Origin: the human T2T-CHM13v2.0 reference genome, Homo sapiens
DNA: 64,000 nucleotides
Strand: one strand, 5' to 3'
Assembly: GCF_009914755.1 (NCBI RefSeq)
Contig: NC_060944.1
Shown: positions 15,091 through 28,800 of the stretch, piece by piece
How the letters are laid out: every line of letters starts with the position of its first letter
Numbering within the stretch: the first letter of the stretch is position 1
Program-made: the position numbers and the translations under genes
Notes under the pieces: generated by a model
What the model was told of the DNA's origin: nothing
Databases searched by the model: none
What the model saw: only the letters and a program-made list of their open reading frames with translations

Positions 15091-15182
15091 ATTTTGTATT
15101 AGTAGTTCTGCATTATTTTTCTAAAACAAGGTATCCATAATTATACAAGCATCAAGCTCCACAAAGCCTGGGCCTTTCTCTG
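14238..15182 (+). mobile_element. hAT DNA transposon fossil (Tip100/Zaphod-like)
   Basis: Terminal GAAGCTTAAGCTT..CACTTGCAAGAGCCCCTTCC; 14826-14879 reads *STMLEQRLNYPSVLSTE, resembling the hAT C-terminal dimerisation motif. Confidence 0.6.
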
Positions 15183-16429
15183 CTTGCCTCCATTCCTTCC
15201 AACTCTGTACCAGTGAGCCTTGTGTTCCTCATTAGGAAAACAGCATAAGCAATTGTTCTTCATTTTCACAAGACTGTACAAAAAGATTAAACAATATAAT
15301 ATGCATAAAAATATGTTGTACGCACTGTGACAGAAATATGAATGGTTATGATTATTGTTAACATTTTGAGGACTTACTGCAAAGGGTGAGATATAAGGAA
15401 TGGCATTAAGGAAGAAGAAAAATGGATTTTCACCCCTTCATCAGTGAATATAATCTATACACCATGACTTCTCACTTAACCATAGTTGTGCTACTATGGC
15501 ACATCATCTAAATTCTTCAAAACTTGAATTTTTCATGCTTAAAATAGAGATAACACCACTTACCTTACGTAATTTGTGATACTAAGTTCTTGATTGTAGT
15601 CTGGTGGTTGGGAGGCTTAATTAAATAACCAGTAACTCAGCAGTATCAACTTGCTTTGAAGGGAACATGGCTGGACTGGAAAGTACCTGACACACAACCA
15701 CACAGGACAGGCTGACCCTCCAGGATGAAATCTTGAAGGGATGTTTCAGCCAATCATGAGTTTATTTAGTTTATTAAGAACAAGTGACAGGCATGGGGAA
15801 TCTTGGAAAAGATGCTCTAATAGATAGGTCCAACTCTTCCCCAGGGGAGTGAATAAAGATGAAAAGCTAAGAGACAAGAATTTGGCCACAATGAAGCCAG
15901 AATAAAACTGTTCAAAAAATAACAATGCTTATGGATATCTTGCAAATTCTTGCTGGGAGTTCTCTTCTCAGTCCATCCCAGCAGAGATGGTGAAAGATCA
16001 GTAGTTCAGTAGGGGCTATACCAAGTCAATAAGGATACTTGGGAGACACAATGAAAAAAGAGTCACTTTTTCTTGCTGTCACCTGGGAAGAAGATAAATA
16101 TGAAGACTATGGCCCTTTGGAGAGCACTCTTGTACTCTGTCACTGCCTCCTATAAGTGCTTAGTCAACAATCCAACATAATTTTAGGTTTGCTGGGAAAG
16201 GTGGGTTTGGCTGTGTTAGGAATGGAATTTACAATTTTGAAGGTGAAATCTTGTTTGTTCATGGGTTCTGCTTCCCAGCCTTGCAGCCAAGACTCGTATA
16301 CAACTTTTGAGGACAAAACTTTAATTCATTTCTATATACCCAACATTGAGAATAGTTACTGAAATATAGCAGGAGCTCAATAAGTAAGTACCTTTTAATG
16401 AGATGAGAAAGGATAAAATGCTAAAATAT

Positions 16430-16562
16430 TGAGGCAGGGGAATTGCTTGAATCCAGGGGGTGGATGTTGCAGTGAGCCGAGATCATGCTACTTCACTCCA
16501 GCCTGGATGAAAGAGTAAAACTTTGTCTCCAAAAGAAAAAAAAAGAAAGAAAGAAAGAAAAA
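16430..16562 (+). mobile_element. Alu right-arm fragment with (GAAA)n tail
   Basis: GAATTGCTTGAATCCAGG..GCAGTGAGCCGAGATC. Confidence 0.85.
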
Positions 16563-18755
16563 GCACTTGAGAAAAATTCAACATTTTTTTCATAATAAAA
16601 GCTCTCAACGAATTAGGTATACAAGCCACGTATCTCTATATAACAAAGGCCATGTATAACAAGCCCATAGCTAACATCATACTCAATGATGAAAAGCTGA
16701 AAGCTTTGCCTCTAAGATCAGGAATAAGACAAGGATGCCTACTCTCACCGCTTCTATTCAACAAAATACTTGAAATCCTATCCAGAAAGATTAGGCAAGA
16801 AGAACAAATAAAAGGCATCCAACAGGAAATTTTCCAATAGGAAAATTGTCTCTGTTTACAGATAGCATCTTATGTATACAAAACTCTAAAGACTTGATAA
16901 CAAAAATAACTGTTAGAATTAATAAATTCAATAAAAGTGCAGGATAAAATCATCAATATACAAAAATTAGTTGAATTTCTCTACACTAACTACAAACTAT
17001 CCATAAAAGAAATCAAGAAAAATAATCCCATTTACAATAGCATCAAAAAGAATAAAATAGGAGTAAATATAACCAAAGAGGTGAAGGATCTGTACACTAA
17101 AAACTATAGAATATTGATAAAAGAAAGTATAGATGACACACAAAAAATGAAAAGATATCCCATGTTCATGAGTTGGAGAAATTAATATTGTTAAAATGTT
17201 CATAATGCTTAAATTACTCCACAGATTCAATGCAATCTCTAACAAAATTCCAAAGATATTTTCACAGAAATAGAAAAAACAATCCTAAAATTCATGTGAG
17301 CCACAAAAGACACTGAATAGCTAAAGAAATTCTGAGCAAAAAGGACAAAGCTGGAAGCATCACACGTCATGATTTTAAACTATATTGCAAACTACAGTAA
17401 TCCAAACAGTATGGTACTAGCATAAAAACAGACACATATGGCAACGAAACAGAATAGAGAGCCCAGAATTAAACCCTTGCACGTACAGTCAACTAACTTC
17501 CAACAAAGGCACCAAGAATATACAATGGGGAAAGGATAATCTCTTCATTAAATGATGTTAGGAAAACTTACACCATACACAAAAATCAATTCAAAATGGA
17601 CTAAAGACTTAAACATAAGACCTGAAACTGTAAAACTCTTAGAAGAAAACATAGGGACAAAGTTCCATTGGTCTGGACAATGATTTTTTTTTATTTGAAA
17701 CCAAAAGCACAAGAAACAAAAACACAAATAAGGGAGACCACATTTTCTGCACAGCAAAGGAAACAATCAACAAAATGAAAATGCAACCTATGGAATGGAG
17801 AAAATCTTTGTAAAAAATACATTTGATAACAGTTAATATGCAAAATATATAAAGAACTCCTACAACTCAATAACAAAAAATAAAAAATAAAAAAATAGTA
17901 AAAGTCCCCAAACAGACATTTTTTCAAAGACATACAAATGGCCAACAAGTCTATGAAAAGATGTTCAACATCATTAATCATTATGAAAATGCAAATCAAA
18001 ACCACATGAGCTATGACATCACACCTGCCAGGTGCCTATTATCAAAACAAAAGATAAGTGTTGGCAAGGATATGGAGAAAAGGAAACCCTTGCACACCAT
18101 TAGTGGGAATTCAAAATGGTGCAGCCACTATGCAAAACAGAGTGAATGTTCCTTTTAAAATTAAAAATTGAACTACCATGTGATCCACTAATCCCACTTT
18201 TGAATATTTATTCAAAATTACTGAAATCAGGATCTCAAAGAGATATTAACACTTAGCACCTCTATGTTCATTGCAGCACTAGTCACAACAGCCAAGATGT
18301 GAAAACAATCTTATGTACGTTGACAGATGAAGACATTTTTTTGAAATGTAGTATATGCATACAATGGAATACTATTCAGCCTTTTAAAAAAAGGAAATTC
18401 TGCAATATGTCACAACATAGATGAACCTTGAGGACATTATGCCAAGTGAAAAAAGCCAGTCACAGGAAGATAAATACTTCACGACTCCACTTATATGAAG
18501 TATCTAAAATAGTCAAATTTATAGAATCAATAGTGGAACAGTGGTTGCCAGGGCCTGGGTGGAGGTGAAATGGATAATTAGTAATTAACAGGCATAAAGT
18601 TTCAGTCAAGCAAAAGAAATAAGCTCTAGGGATCTAGTATACAACACTGTACCTATAGTCAACAAAAACGTATCATACACTTAAAAATATGTTAAAACAG
18701 TAGACTTCATGTTAAGTGCTTTTACCACAATAAAATAAAATTTGAAAAAAGAAAG
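16563..18755 (+). mobile_element. 5'-truncated L1MA/MB-type LINE (ORF2 3' half and 3' UTR)
   Basis: ORF fragments such as [34 protein letters not shown]; L1M 3' UTR and A-rich end. Confidence 0.85.
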
Positions 18756-18760
18756 AATAG

Positions 18761-19060
18761 GGGCTGGGCACAGTGGCTCATGCCTGTAATCCCAGCACTT
18801 TGGGAGGCCAAGGCAGGCAGATCATGAGGTCAGGAGTTTGAGACCAGCCTGGCCAACATGGTGAAACCCCATCTCTACTAAAAATACAAAAATTAGCCAG
18901 ACGTAGTGGTGCACGCCTGTAATCCCAGCTACTCAGGAGGCCGAGATGGGAGAATTGCTTGAACCCAGTGGGCAGAGGTTGCAGTCAGCCAAGATCACGC
19001 CACTGCACTCCAGCCTGGATGACAGAGTGAGACTCCATTTCAAAAAAAGAAGAAGAAGAA
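18761..19060 (+). mobile_element. Alu
   Basis: Dimeric Alu. Confidence 0.95.
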
Positions 19061-21822
19061 GGAATAGGAAGTCATTAAACAAGTTTACTAAGTAGAAACA
19101 ATCTCCTAAAACAGAAAACACCAAGTCCACATGATTTTCAGAAAAGTTCAATCAAATCTTCAAGGAATAAACCATTTCAATCTTATATGAAATCATCCAG
19201 AGACTAGAAATGACTATTCCTGAATTCAGTCTTTGAGGCCATATAGTCTTAGTGCTCAAACCAAATAAGGAGAGCATGAGAAATGAAAACTACTGGCCAA
19301 TCTAACTCACAAACGTAGATAGAAAAATCTTATACAGCATATTAGCAAACTAAATTCAGTAGTGTATAAAAAGATTATTTAGCATAAGCAACTTTATCCC
19401 AGAAATGCAAGAGTAAAAATGAGAAAAACCTACAAATACAATTCACCGTATAACAATTTAAAAGCCATGTGATTATCCCAACAGATGCAAAAAATAGTTT
19501 TATAAAATTCAAATTTTGACAGATTACATTTTTAACACACTGGGAATATAAGGGAATATCCTTAACAAGATAAAGTGTAGGTATTTTTTTTAAATAAAAC
19601 CTACAGTATACATCATTCTTAAAGGTGAAACTATTAGAAGCAGTCCCTTAAAATCTGCAAAAAAAAGACAGGGATGACCACTACACTGCTTCTATTCCAC
19701 AATGTACTAAAGATTCTAGCCAGAGTGATGTTAAAAAATAGAAATTTAAAGCATTCATAATTGGAATAGAAGGCACAAAACCATCATTAGTCACAGATGA
19801 TAACTGCCTATTTTTGTAGAAGGCAAAGAGAACCACATACAAATTATTTAGAAATAACAACAGAATATAGGAAGGTGACTGGATATAAGATTAATATATA
19901 AAATGAATTACATTTTTGTACACCAGAAAAACATAGAAAGAAATATAATGTTTAAAGATACCATTTAAGATGGCCAATTACAGGCAGCTGCGGTCACAGC
20001 ACTGCTGAGGAAGGAGAGCAGCAAAGTGAATTCACCACCTTCAACTGAAATATCCAGGTTCTCACATTGGGACTGACTAAGCAATCAGCTCAACCCATGG
20101 AGAGCGAAGAAAAGCAGGGTGGGGTGAGGGCCCACCTGGAGCAACATGGAGCCGAAGGAACCCCCATCCCCAAACAAGGGAGGCAGTGAGTGATTGTGCG
20201 ACCCTGCCTGGGAAACCACACTTCTCGCACAGATCTTTGCAACCTGCAGATGACGAGATCCCCTCATGAGCCTACATGAGCAGCGCCTTGGATTCAATGC
20301 ACAGAGCTGTGTGGAGTCTCAGCAGAGCAGCAATCCAGCACACACAGAGACCCAGGAGTTTTACATACTCTGGCCTCGGGATCCCCAACAAGGGGGCAGA
20401 TCCATCTGTATATTCCCCTAGGAAGGTGGCTGAATCCAGGGAGCCAAGCAGCATCATTCTGCAGGCCCCACTTCCACAGCACCTCACAAGTTGGGACCTG
20501 CTGGCTTGGAGTTCCAGCCACAGTGGCAGTAGGCGGAGTCTGCCTGAGACTGGGGGAGTTTCCAGGACCTGGGGGGAGGGGTGGCTGCCATTTCTGCAGT
20601 TTGGTCAACTAGTATTTCAGCTTGCCAGCTCTGGACAGTCCAGGCAGTCTGGACTAGTCCCCTTCTATGCAGCACACCTGCTTTGCCAGATCGTGACAGA
20701 CTGCTTCTTTAAGCAGGATCCTGATCCATTCCTCCTCACTGGGTGGGGCCTCCCTGCTGGGAGCCCTCAGTCACCCCAGCCAGGCTTATATGGACAGAAT
20801 TCCGATCTCTCCCTGGGATGGAGCTCCTATGGGGAGAGGTGGCCACCATCTCTGCAGTTGAGTTGACTCAGCTGTTCCAGCCTGCCAGCTCTGGAGAGTC
20901 TAGGTGGTCCAGACAAGGAAGGGTCCCCACCAACACAGCACACCTGCTCTACCAAAAAGCAGCCAGACTGATTCTGTAAGCAGGTCCCTGATCCCATTCC
21001 TCCTGACTGGGTGAGACCTCCCAACAGGGGTCTCCAGACACCTCCTACAGGAGCATTCAGGCCAGCAACAGGTCAGTACCCCCTGGGATGGAGCTTCCAG
21101 AAGAGAAGCGGGCTTTGCTGTTTCGCAGCCTTCACTGGTGATACCTAGAGTTACAGGAAAAGCCAAGGCAGCTAAGGTCTGGAATGGACCCCTAGAAAGC
21201 CACAGCAGTCCTACAGGTGCTAACAGTCAGTGGCCTGTTAAAAGAAAAACAAACAAATAGAAAACAACAACAACAAAAACCCCACCAAAAAACCCCACTC
21301 AAAGGTCAGCAACCACAGAAAATCTAAGGTAGATAAGCCCACAAATAAGAGAAAAAAAATCAATGCAAAAATGCTGAAAACTCAAAAAGCAAGAATGCTT
21401 CTTCTCCTCCAAATGACCACAATACCTTTCCAGCAAGTGCACAGAACTGGGCTGAGGCTGAGATGACAGATGAGATGAAGCTTCAGAAGGTGGGTAATAA
21501 TGAACTTTGCTGAGCTAAAGGAGCATGTTGTAACCCAATGCAAAGAAGCTAGGAATCATGATAAAACAACACAGGAGCTGACAACCAGAGCAGCCAGTTT
21601 AGAGAGGAACATAACTGACCTGAAGGAGCTATAAAATACAACACAAGAACTTCACAATGCAATCACAAGTATAAATAGCAGAATAGACCAAGCAGAGGAA
21701 AGGATCTCAGAGCCTGAAGACTATCTATCTGAAATAATAGAGGCAGACAAGAATAGAGAAAAAAGAAAGAAAAGCAATAAATAAAAACTGAGAAATATGG
21801 GATTATATAAAAAGACTGAACC

Positions 21823-22116
21823 AGCCAGGCACGGTGGCTCACACCTGTAATCCTAGGACTTTGAGAGACTGAGGCGGGTGGATTGCCTGAGGTCAGGAGT
21901 TCGAGACCAGCCTGGTCAACATGGCGAAACCCCATCTCTACTAAAAATGCAAAAATTAGCTGAGCATGGTGGCAGGTGCTTGTAATCCCAGCTACTCAGG
22001 AGGCAGAGGCAGGAGAATCGCTTGAACCCAGGGGGCAGAGATTGCAGCGAGCTGAGATTGCGCCACTTCACTCCAGCCTGGGTGTAAGAATGAAACTCCA
22101 TCTTGGAAAAAAAAAA
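21823..22116 (+). mobile_element. Alu inserted in L1 ORF1
   Basis: Dimeric Alu, TSD ACTGAACC. Confidence 0.93.
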
Positions 22117-24199
22117 CTGAACCTACAACTGATTGGGATACCTGAAAGAGATGGACAGAATGGAATCAAGTTGGAAAACATCCTTCAGGATATCATCCAG
22201 GAGAACTCCCCAACCTAGCAAGACAGGCCAACATTCAAATTCAGGAAATGCAGAGAGCCCCACTAAGATACCCCATGAGAAGATCAACCCCAAGAAACAT
22301 AATTATCAGATTCTCCAAGGTCAAAATGAAAGAAAAATGTTAAGGGCAGCCAGAGAGAAAGGCCAGGTCACCTTCAAAGGGAAGTCCATCAGACTAACAG
22401 TGAACCTTTCCGCAGAAACCCTACAAGCCAGAAGAGATTGGGGGCCAATATTCAACATTCTTAAAGAAAAAAATTTCCAACCCAGAATTTCATATCTTGC
22501 CAAACTAAGCTTCATAAGCAAAGGAGAAATAAGATTCTTTTCAGACAAGCAAATGCTGAGAGAATGCATCACCACCAGGCCTGTCTTGCAAGAGCACCTT
22601 GCAAGGAAGGAAGGAAGCACTAAATATAGAAAGGAAAAACCATTACCAGCCACTACAAAAACACACTGAAGTACACAGACCACTGACACTATGAAGCAAC
22701 CATATAAACAAGTCTGCAAAATAACCAGCTAGCATCATGATGACAGGATCAAATTCACACATAATGCTAACCTTAAATGTGAATGGCTAAATGCCCCCAA
22801 TTAAAAGACACAGAGTGGCAAGCTGGATAAAGAGCCAAGGTCCATCAGTATGCTGTCTCACAAGCAAAGATGCACATGGGTTCAAAATAAAGGGAGGGAG
22901 GAAAATTTACCAAACAATTGGAAAACAGAAAAAAGCAGGGGTTGCAATCCTAGTTTCTGAGAAAACAGACTTTAAACCAACAAAGACTTTAAAAAGACAA
23001 AAAAGGGCACTATATAATGGTAAACGGTTCAATTCAACAAGAAGAGCTAACTATCCTAAATATATATGCACCCAATACAGGACCACCCAGATTCATAAAG
23101 CAAGTTCTTAGAGACCTATGAAGAGACTTAGACTTCCACACAATAATAGTGGGAGACTTTAACCCCCCACTGACAATATTAGACAGATTATCAAGACAGA
23201 AAATTAATAAAGATATTCAGGACTTGAACTCAGCTCTGAATCAAGCAGACCTGATAGATATCTACAGAACATTACACCCAAAAACAACAGAATATGCATT
23301 CTTCTCATCACCACATGGCACTTACTCCAAAATTGATTACATAATCAAAAGTAAAACAATCCTCAACAAGGGCAAAAGAACTGAAATCATAACAGTCTCT
23401 CAGACCACAGCACAATCAAATTAGGATTCAAGATTAAGAAATTCACTCAAAACAACACAACTACATGGAAATTGAACAAGCTGCTCCTGAATGACTCCTA
23501 GGTAAATGATAAGGTTAAGGCAGCAATCAAGAAATTCTTTGAAACTAATGAGAACCAAGAGACAACATACCAGAATCTCTAGGATCCAGCTAAAGCAGTG
23601 TTGAGAGGGAAATTTATAGCACTAAATGCCCACCTCAAAAACCTAGAAAGATCTCAAGTTAACAATCTAACATTACAACTAAAAGAAGCAGAGAACCAAG
23701 AGCAAACAAACCCCCAAACTAGAAGAAAACAAGAAATAACCAAAATCAGAGCTGAACCGAAGGAGATAGAGATACAAAAAAACCCCTTCAAAAAATGAAC
23801 AAGTCCAGGAGCTGATTTTTGAAAAAAAAATCAATAAAATTGATAGACTGCAAGATAGACTAATAAAGAAGAAAAAAGAGAAGAATCAAATAAACACAAT
23901 TAGAAATGATAAGGGAGACATCACCACTGATCCCACAGAAATACAAACTACCATTTGAGAATACTATAAACATCTCTATGCACATAAAATAGAAAATCCA
24001 GAAGAAACTGATAAATTCCTGGACACATACACCCTCCCAAGACTGAACCAGGAAGAAATCAAAACACTGAATAGACCAATAACGAGTTCTGAAACTGAGA
24101 CAGTAATAAACAGCCTATCAACAACAACAACAACAAAAAGCCCAGGACCAGATGGATTCACAGCTGAATTCTACCAGGGGCACAAAGAAAAGCTGATAC

Positions 24200-24518
24200 C
24201 AGCCAGGCACGGTGGCTCACATCTGTAATCCCAACAATTACACATCTGTAATACCAGCCAGGCACGGTGGCTCACATCTATAATCTGTAATCAGAGGCTG
24301 AGGCAGGTCTCTACTAAAAACACAAAAACTAGCTATGCATGGTGATGCATACCTGTAATCCCAGATACTCGGGGGGCCTGAGACAGGAGAATCGCTTGAA
24401 CCTGGGAGGCGGCGGTTGCAGTGAGCCGAAATCACACCACTGCATTCCAGCCTGGGTGACGGAGTGAGACTCCATCTCAAAAAAAAAAAAAAGAGAAAAG
24501 AAAAGAAAAAAAGAAAAG
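24200..24518 (+). mobile_element. Rearranged Alu inserted in L1 ORF2
   Basis: Duplicated head, deleted left arm, TSD AAAGAAAAGCTGRTACCA. Confidence 0.9.
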
Positions 24519-27349
24519 CTGGTACCATTTCTACAGAAACTATTCCAAAAAACTGAAAAGGAGGGACTCCTCCCTAACTCATTTTATGAGGCCAGCATCA
24601 TCCTGATACCAAAACCTGGCAGAGATACAACAAAAAAAGAAAACTTCAGACCAATACCCCTGATGAACATTGATGCAAAAGTCCTCAATAAAATACTGGC
24701 AAACCAAATCCAGCAGCACATCAAAAAGCTTATCCACCATGATCAAGTTGGCTTCATCCCCAGGATGCAACATTAGTTCAACATATGCAAATCAATAAAT
24801 GTGATTCATCACATAAACACAGCTAAAGACAAAAACCACATGATTATCTCAATAAACACAGAAAAGGCCTTCAATAAAATTCAACATCCCTTCATGTTAA
24901 AAATGCTCAATGAACTAGATATTGAAGGAAAATACCTCAAAATAATAAGAGCCATATATGACAAACCCACAGCCAATATCATACTGAATGGGGAAAAGCT
25001 GGAAGCATTCCCCCTTGAAAACTAGCACAAGAAAAGGATACCCTCTCTCATCACTCCTTATTCAATATAGTATTGGAAGTTCTGACCAGGACAATCAGGC
25101 AAGAGAAAGAAATAAAGCACATTCAAACAGGAAGAGAGGAAGTCAAATCATCTTTGTTTGCAGATGACATAATCCTAGATGTAGAAAACCCCATCGTCTT
25201 AGCCCAAAAGCGTCTTAAACTGATAAGCAACTTTAGCAAACTCTCAGGATACAAAATCTGAGTGCAAAAATTGCTAGCATTCCTATATACCAAAAACAGG
25301 CAAGCAGAGAGCCAAATCATAAATGAACTCCCATTCACAATTGCCACAAAAAGAATAAAATACCTAGGAATACAGCTAACAAGTGAAGAGCTTCTTCAAG
25401 GAAAACTACAAACCACTGCTCAAGGAAATCACAGAGGACACAAAAAAATGGAAAAACATTCCACACTCATGGATAGGAAGAATCAATGTTGTGAAAATGG
25501 CCATACTACCCAAAGTAATTTATAGATTCAATGCTATTCCCATTAAACTACTATTGACATTCTTGACAGAATTAGAAAAATCTATTTTAAAATTCATATG
25601 GAACCAAAAAAAGAGCCTGAACAGCCAAGACAATCCTAAGCAAAAAGAACAAAGCCAGAGGCATCATGTTATCCAACTTCAAACTATACTACAACGCTAC
25701 AATAACCAAAGCAGCATGGTACTGGTACAAGAACAGACACATAGAAAAATGGAACTGAATAGAGGGAACTAAGAAATAAGGCTGCACATCTACAACCATC
25801 TGATATTCAGCAAACCTGACAAAAACAAGCAATGAGAAAAGGATTCCCTATTTAATAAATGGTGCTGAAAAAAGTGGCTAGCCACATGCAGAAAATTGAA
25901 ACTGGACTCCTTCCTTATACCACATACAAGAATTAACTCAAGATGGATTAAAGACTTAAATGTAAAACCCAAAACTACAAAACCCCTAGAAGAAAATCTA
26001 GGCAATACCATTCAGGACGTAGGCATGGGCAAAGATTTCATGATGAAAACACCAAAGCAATTGCAACAAAAGCAAAAATTGACAAATGGGATCTAATTAA
26101 ACTAAAGAGCTTCTGCACAGCAAAAGAAACTATCATCAGAGTGAACAGACAACCTACAGAAATGGAGTATATTTTTGCAATCTATCCGTCTGACAAAGTT
26201 CTAGTATCCAGAGTCTACAAGAAACTTAAACAAATTTATAAGAAAAAAACAAACAATCCCATTAAAAAGTGGGCAAAGGACTTGAACAGGCACTTCTCAA
26301 AAGAAGACATATATGTGGCCAACAAACATATGAAACAAGGCTCAACATCGCTGATCATTAGAGAAACGAAAATCAAAACCACAATGAGATACCATCTCAT
26401 ACCAGTCAGAATGGTGATTATTAAAAAGTAAAAAAAAAAACAAAAAACACAGATGCTGGAGAGGTTGTAGAGAAAAAGGAACACTTTTACACTGTTAGTG
26501 GGCGTGTAAATTAGTTCAACTATTGTGGAAAACAGTGTGGAGATTCCTCAAAGATCTAGAGGCAGAAATACCATCTGACCCAATAATCCCATTACTGGGT
26601 ATATACCCAAAGGAACATAAATCATTCTATTATAAAGACACATGCATGCATATGTTCATTGCAGCACTATTCACAATAGCAAAGACATGAATCAATCCAA
26701 ATGCCCATCAATGATAGACTGGATAAAGAAAATGTGATACTGAAATATATATATATACACACACACACCATGGAATTCTATGCAGCCATAAAAAGAAATG
26801 AGATCATGTCCTTTGCAGGGATATGGATGGAGCTCGAAGCAGTTATCCTCAGCAAACTAACACAGGAGCAGAAAACCAAACACTGCATGTTCTCACTTAC
26901 AAGTGGTAGCTGAATGATGAGAACACATGGACACATAAGTGGAACAACACACACTGGAGCATATCATGGGGGTGGTAGGGAGAGGGAGAACATCAAGAAG
27001 AATACCTGGTGAATGCTGGGCTTAATACCTAGGTGTAGGGATGATCTGTGCAGCAAATCACCATGGCACACATGGTTTATGTATGTAACAAACCTGCACA
27101 TCCTGCACATGTACCGCTGAAATTAAAATAAAAGTTGAAGATTTTTTTAAAAGATAGCATTTACAATAATATTAAAAATATAAATAAGATTGTAACACCT
27201 GCATGAGAAATGTCATAAACCTTTCTTTAAAATATTAATGAAGGTCAAAATAGATGGAAATATATATATCAAAGACAATATTATAAGGATATCATTCTTT
27301 TCCAATTGATTTGTAGATCCAGTGCAATTCAAATGAATATCCAAAATAG

Positions 27350-27697
<348 letters not shown>

Positions 27698-28486
27698 TGA
27701 CTAAAATTTATATGAAAATACAAAATCCTAAGATAAACAAAGTTCAAGAGATTAAGTGTGGCTTTGGAGTGGGGGTATACAGTGGAGTGAAATAAAGGGC
27801 TCAGAAGCAATCCCACATAATTAAGCAAAATTATTTTGCAGTTAAATAGAAGAGGAACTCATTAATAAATAGGTCTGGAACCACTGAAAAATGAAAAAGG
27901 ATCCTTATGTTATACCTTACCAAAAAATCAACATCAGGTGGTTTTAGGGTGTAAAGGTAAGCCAAAACTTCAAAACTTTTAGGAGAAAACAGATCCAAGA
28001 TGTCCTCATGTTCCTAGATAACATAGTGTAGTGTGACTAAGAACAAAAACTCTGAAGCCAAGTTCAAATCTTGTCTCTACCACATAATAAATGAGTGACC
28101 TTGTACATGTAACCTAATCTCTGTCTCCATTTCATCCTTAAATGATGGTAATAACTGTACTTACTTCATAGGGTGTATATGATGATAAAGTATATACAAA
28201 TTACTTAAAAATAGCACCTGGAATTAAGTAGTACTCTAGGTTATAACTAACCCTGTTACTATTATTATAGTGCTATTGCACTCTTTCTCTTGTGCCATGA
28301 TTAGTTTCTTCTGTGCATAAAAGGTCAAAAAGAGAAAGGAAGAAATCCCTTTTTAATTCCTCACTCTGATGATTCTACCCTTCATGATTAAATATATGCA
28401 GAAGCTCTGATCCTTAAGTTTCTATTGCTTCTAGATGAACATGGGACTCACTATCAAGGGTCTAATCAGTTTGGGGCCTTCAGCTT

Positions 28487-28517
28487 CATGGCTGGGTACC
28501 CAAGCACTCACTGTTCA
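28487..28517 (+). promoter_or_regulatory. SPINT4 proximal promoter element: palindrome TGGGTACCCA plus ARE-like AGCACTcacTGTTCA
   Basis: 18-nt core CATGGCTGGGTACCCAAG is identical upstream of the SPINT5 locus; TATA-like AATATAA near 28591-28597. Confidence 0.55.
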
Positions 28518-28533
28518 ACTCAACACCTAGTAA

Positions 28534-28800
<267 letters not shown>

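Larger units (their letters stand above)
19968..27149 (+). mobile_element. Full-length degraded L1PA (older, about L1PA13-16-like) inserted into an L1ME-type fragment
   Basis: 5' UTR starts AGATGGCC; ORF1 remnant (LRAAREKGQVTFKGKSIRLT..RRDWGPIF); ORF2 EN/RT remnants ([15 protein letters not shown]); 3' UTR; TSD AAAGATACCATTTA (19954-19967) / AAAGATAGCATTTA (27150-27163). Confidence 0.92.

Noticed and set aside
15200-16420. Possible extra WAP or Kunitz exon remnants in unique-looking sequence
   Set aside because: I found no Cys pattern or signal-peptide exon by eye on either strand; a profile search would be needed to exclude very decayed copies
20085-21166. Cluster of overlapping ORFs up to 196 aa
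   Set aside because: Chance ORFs in the GC-richer L1 5' UTR
22133-26913. Active L1 ORF1/ORF2
   Set aside because: Many stops and frameshifts plus Alu insertions; the element is dead
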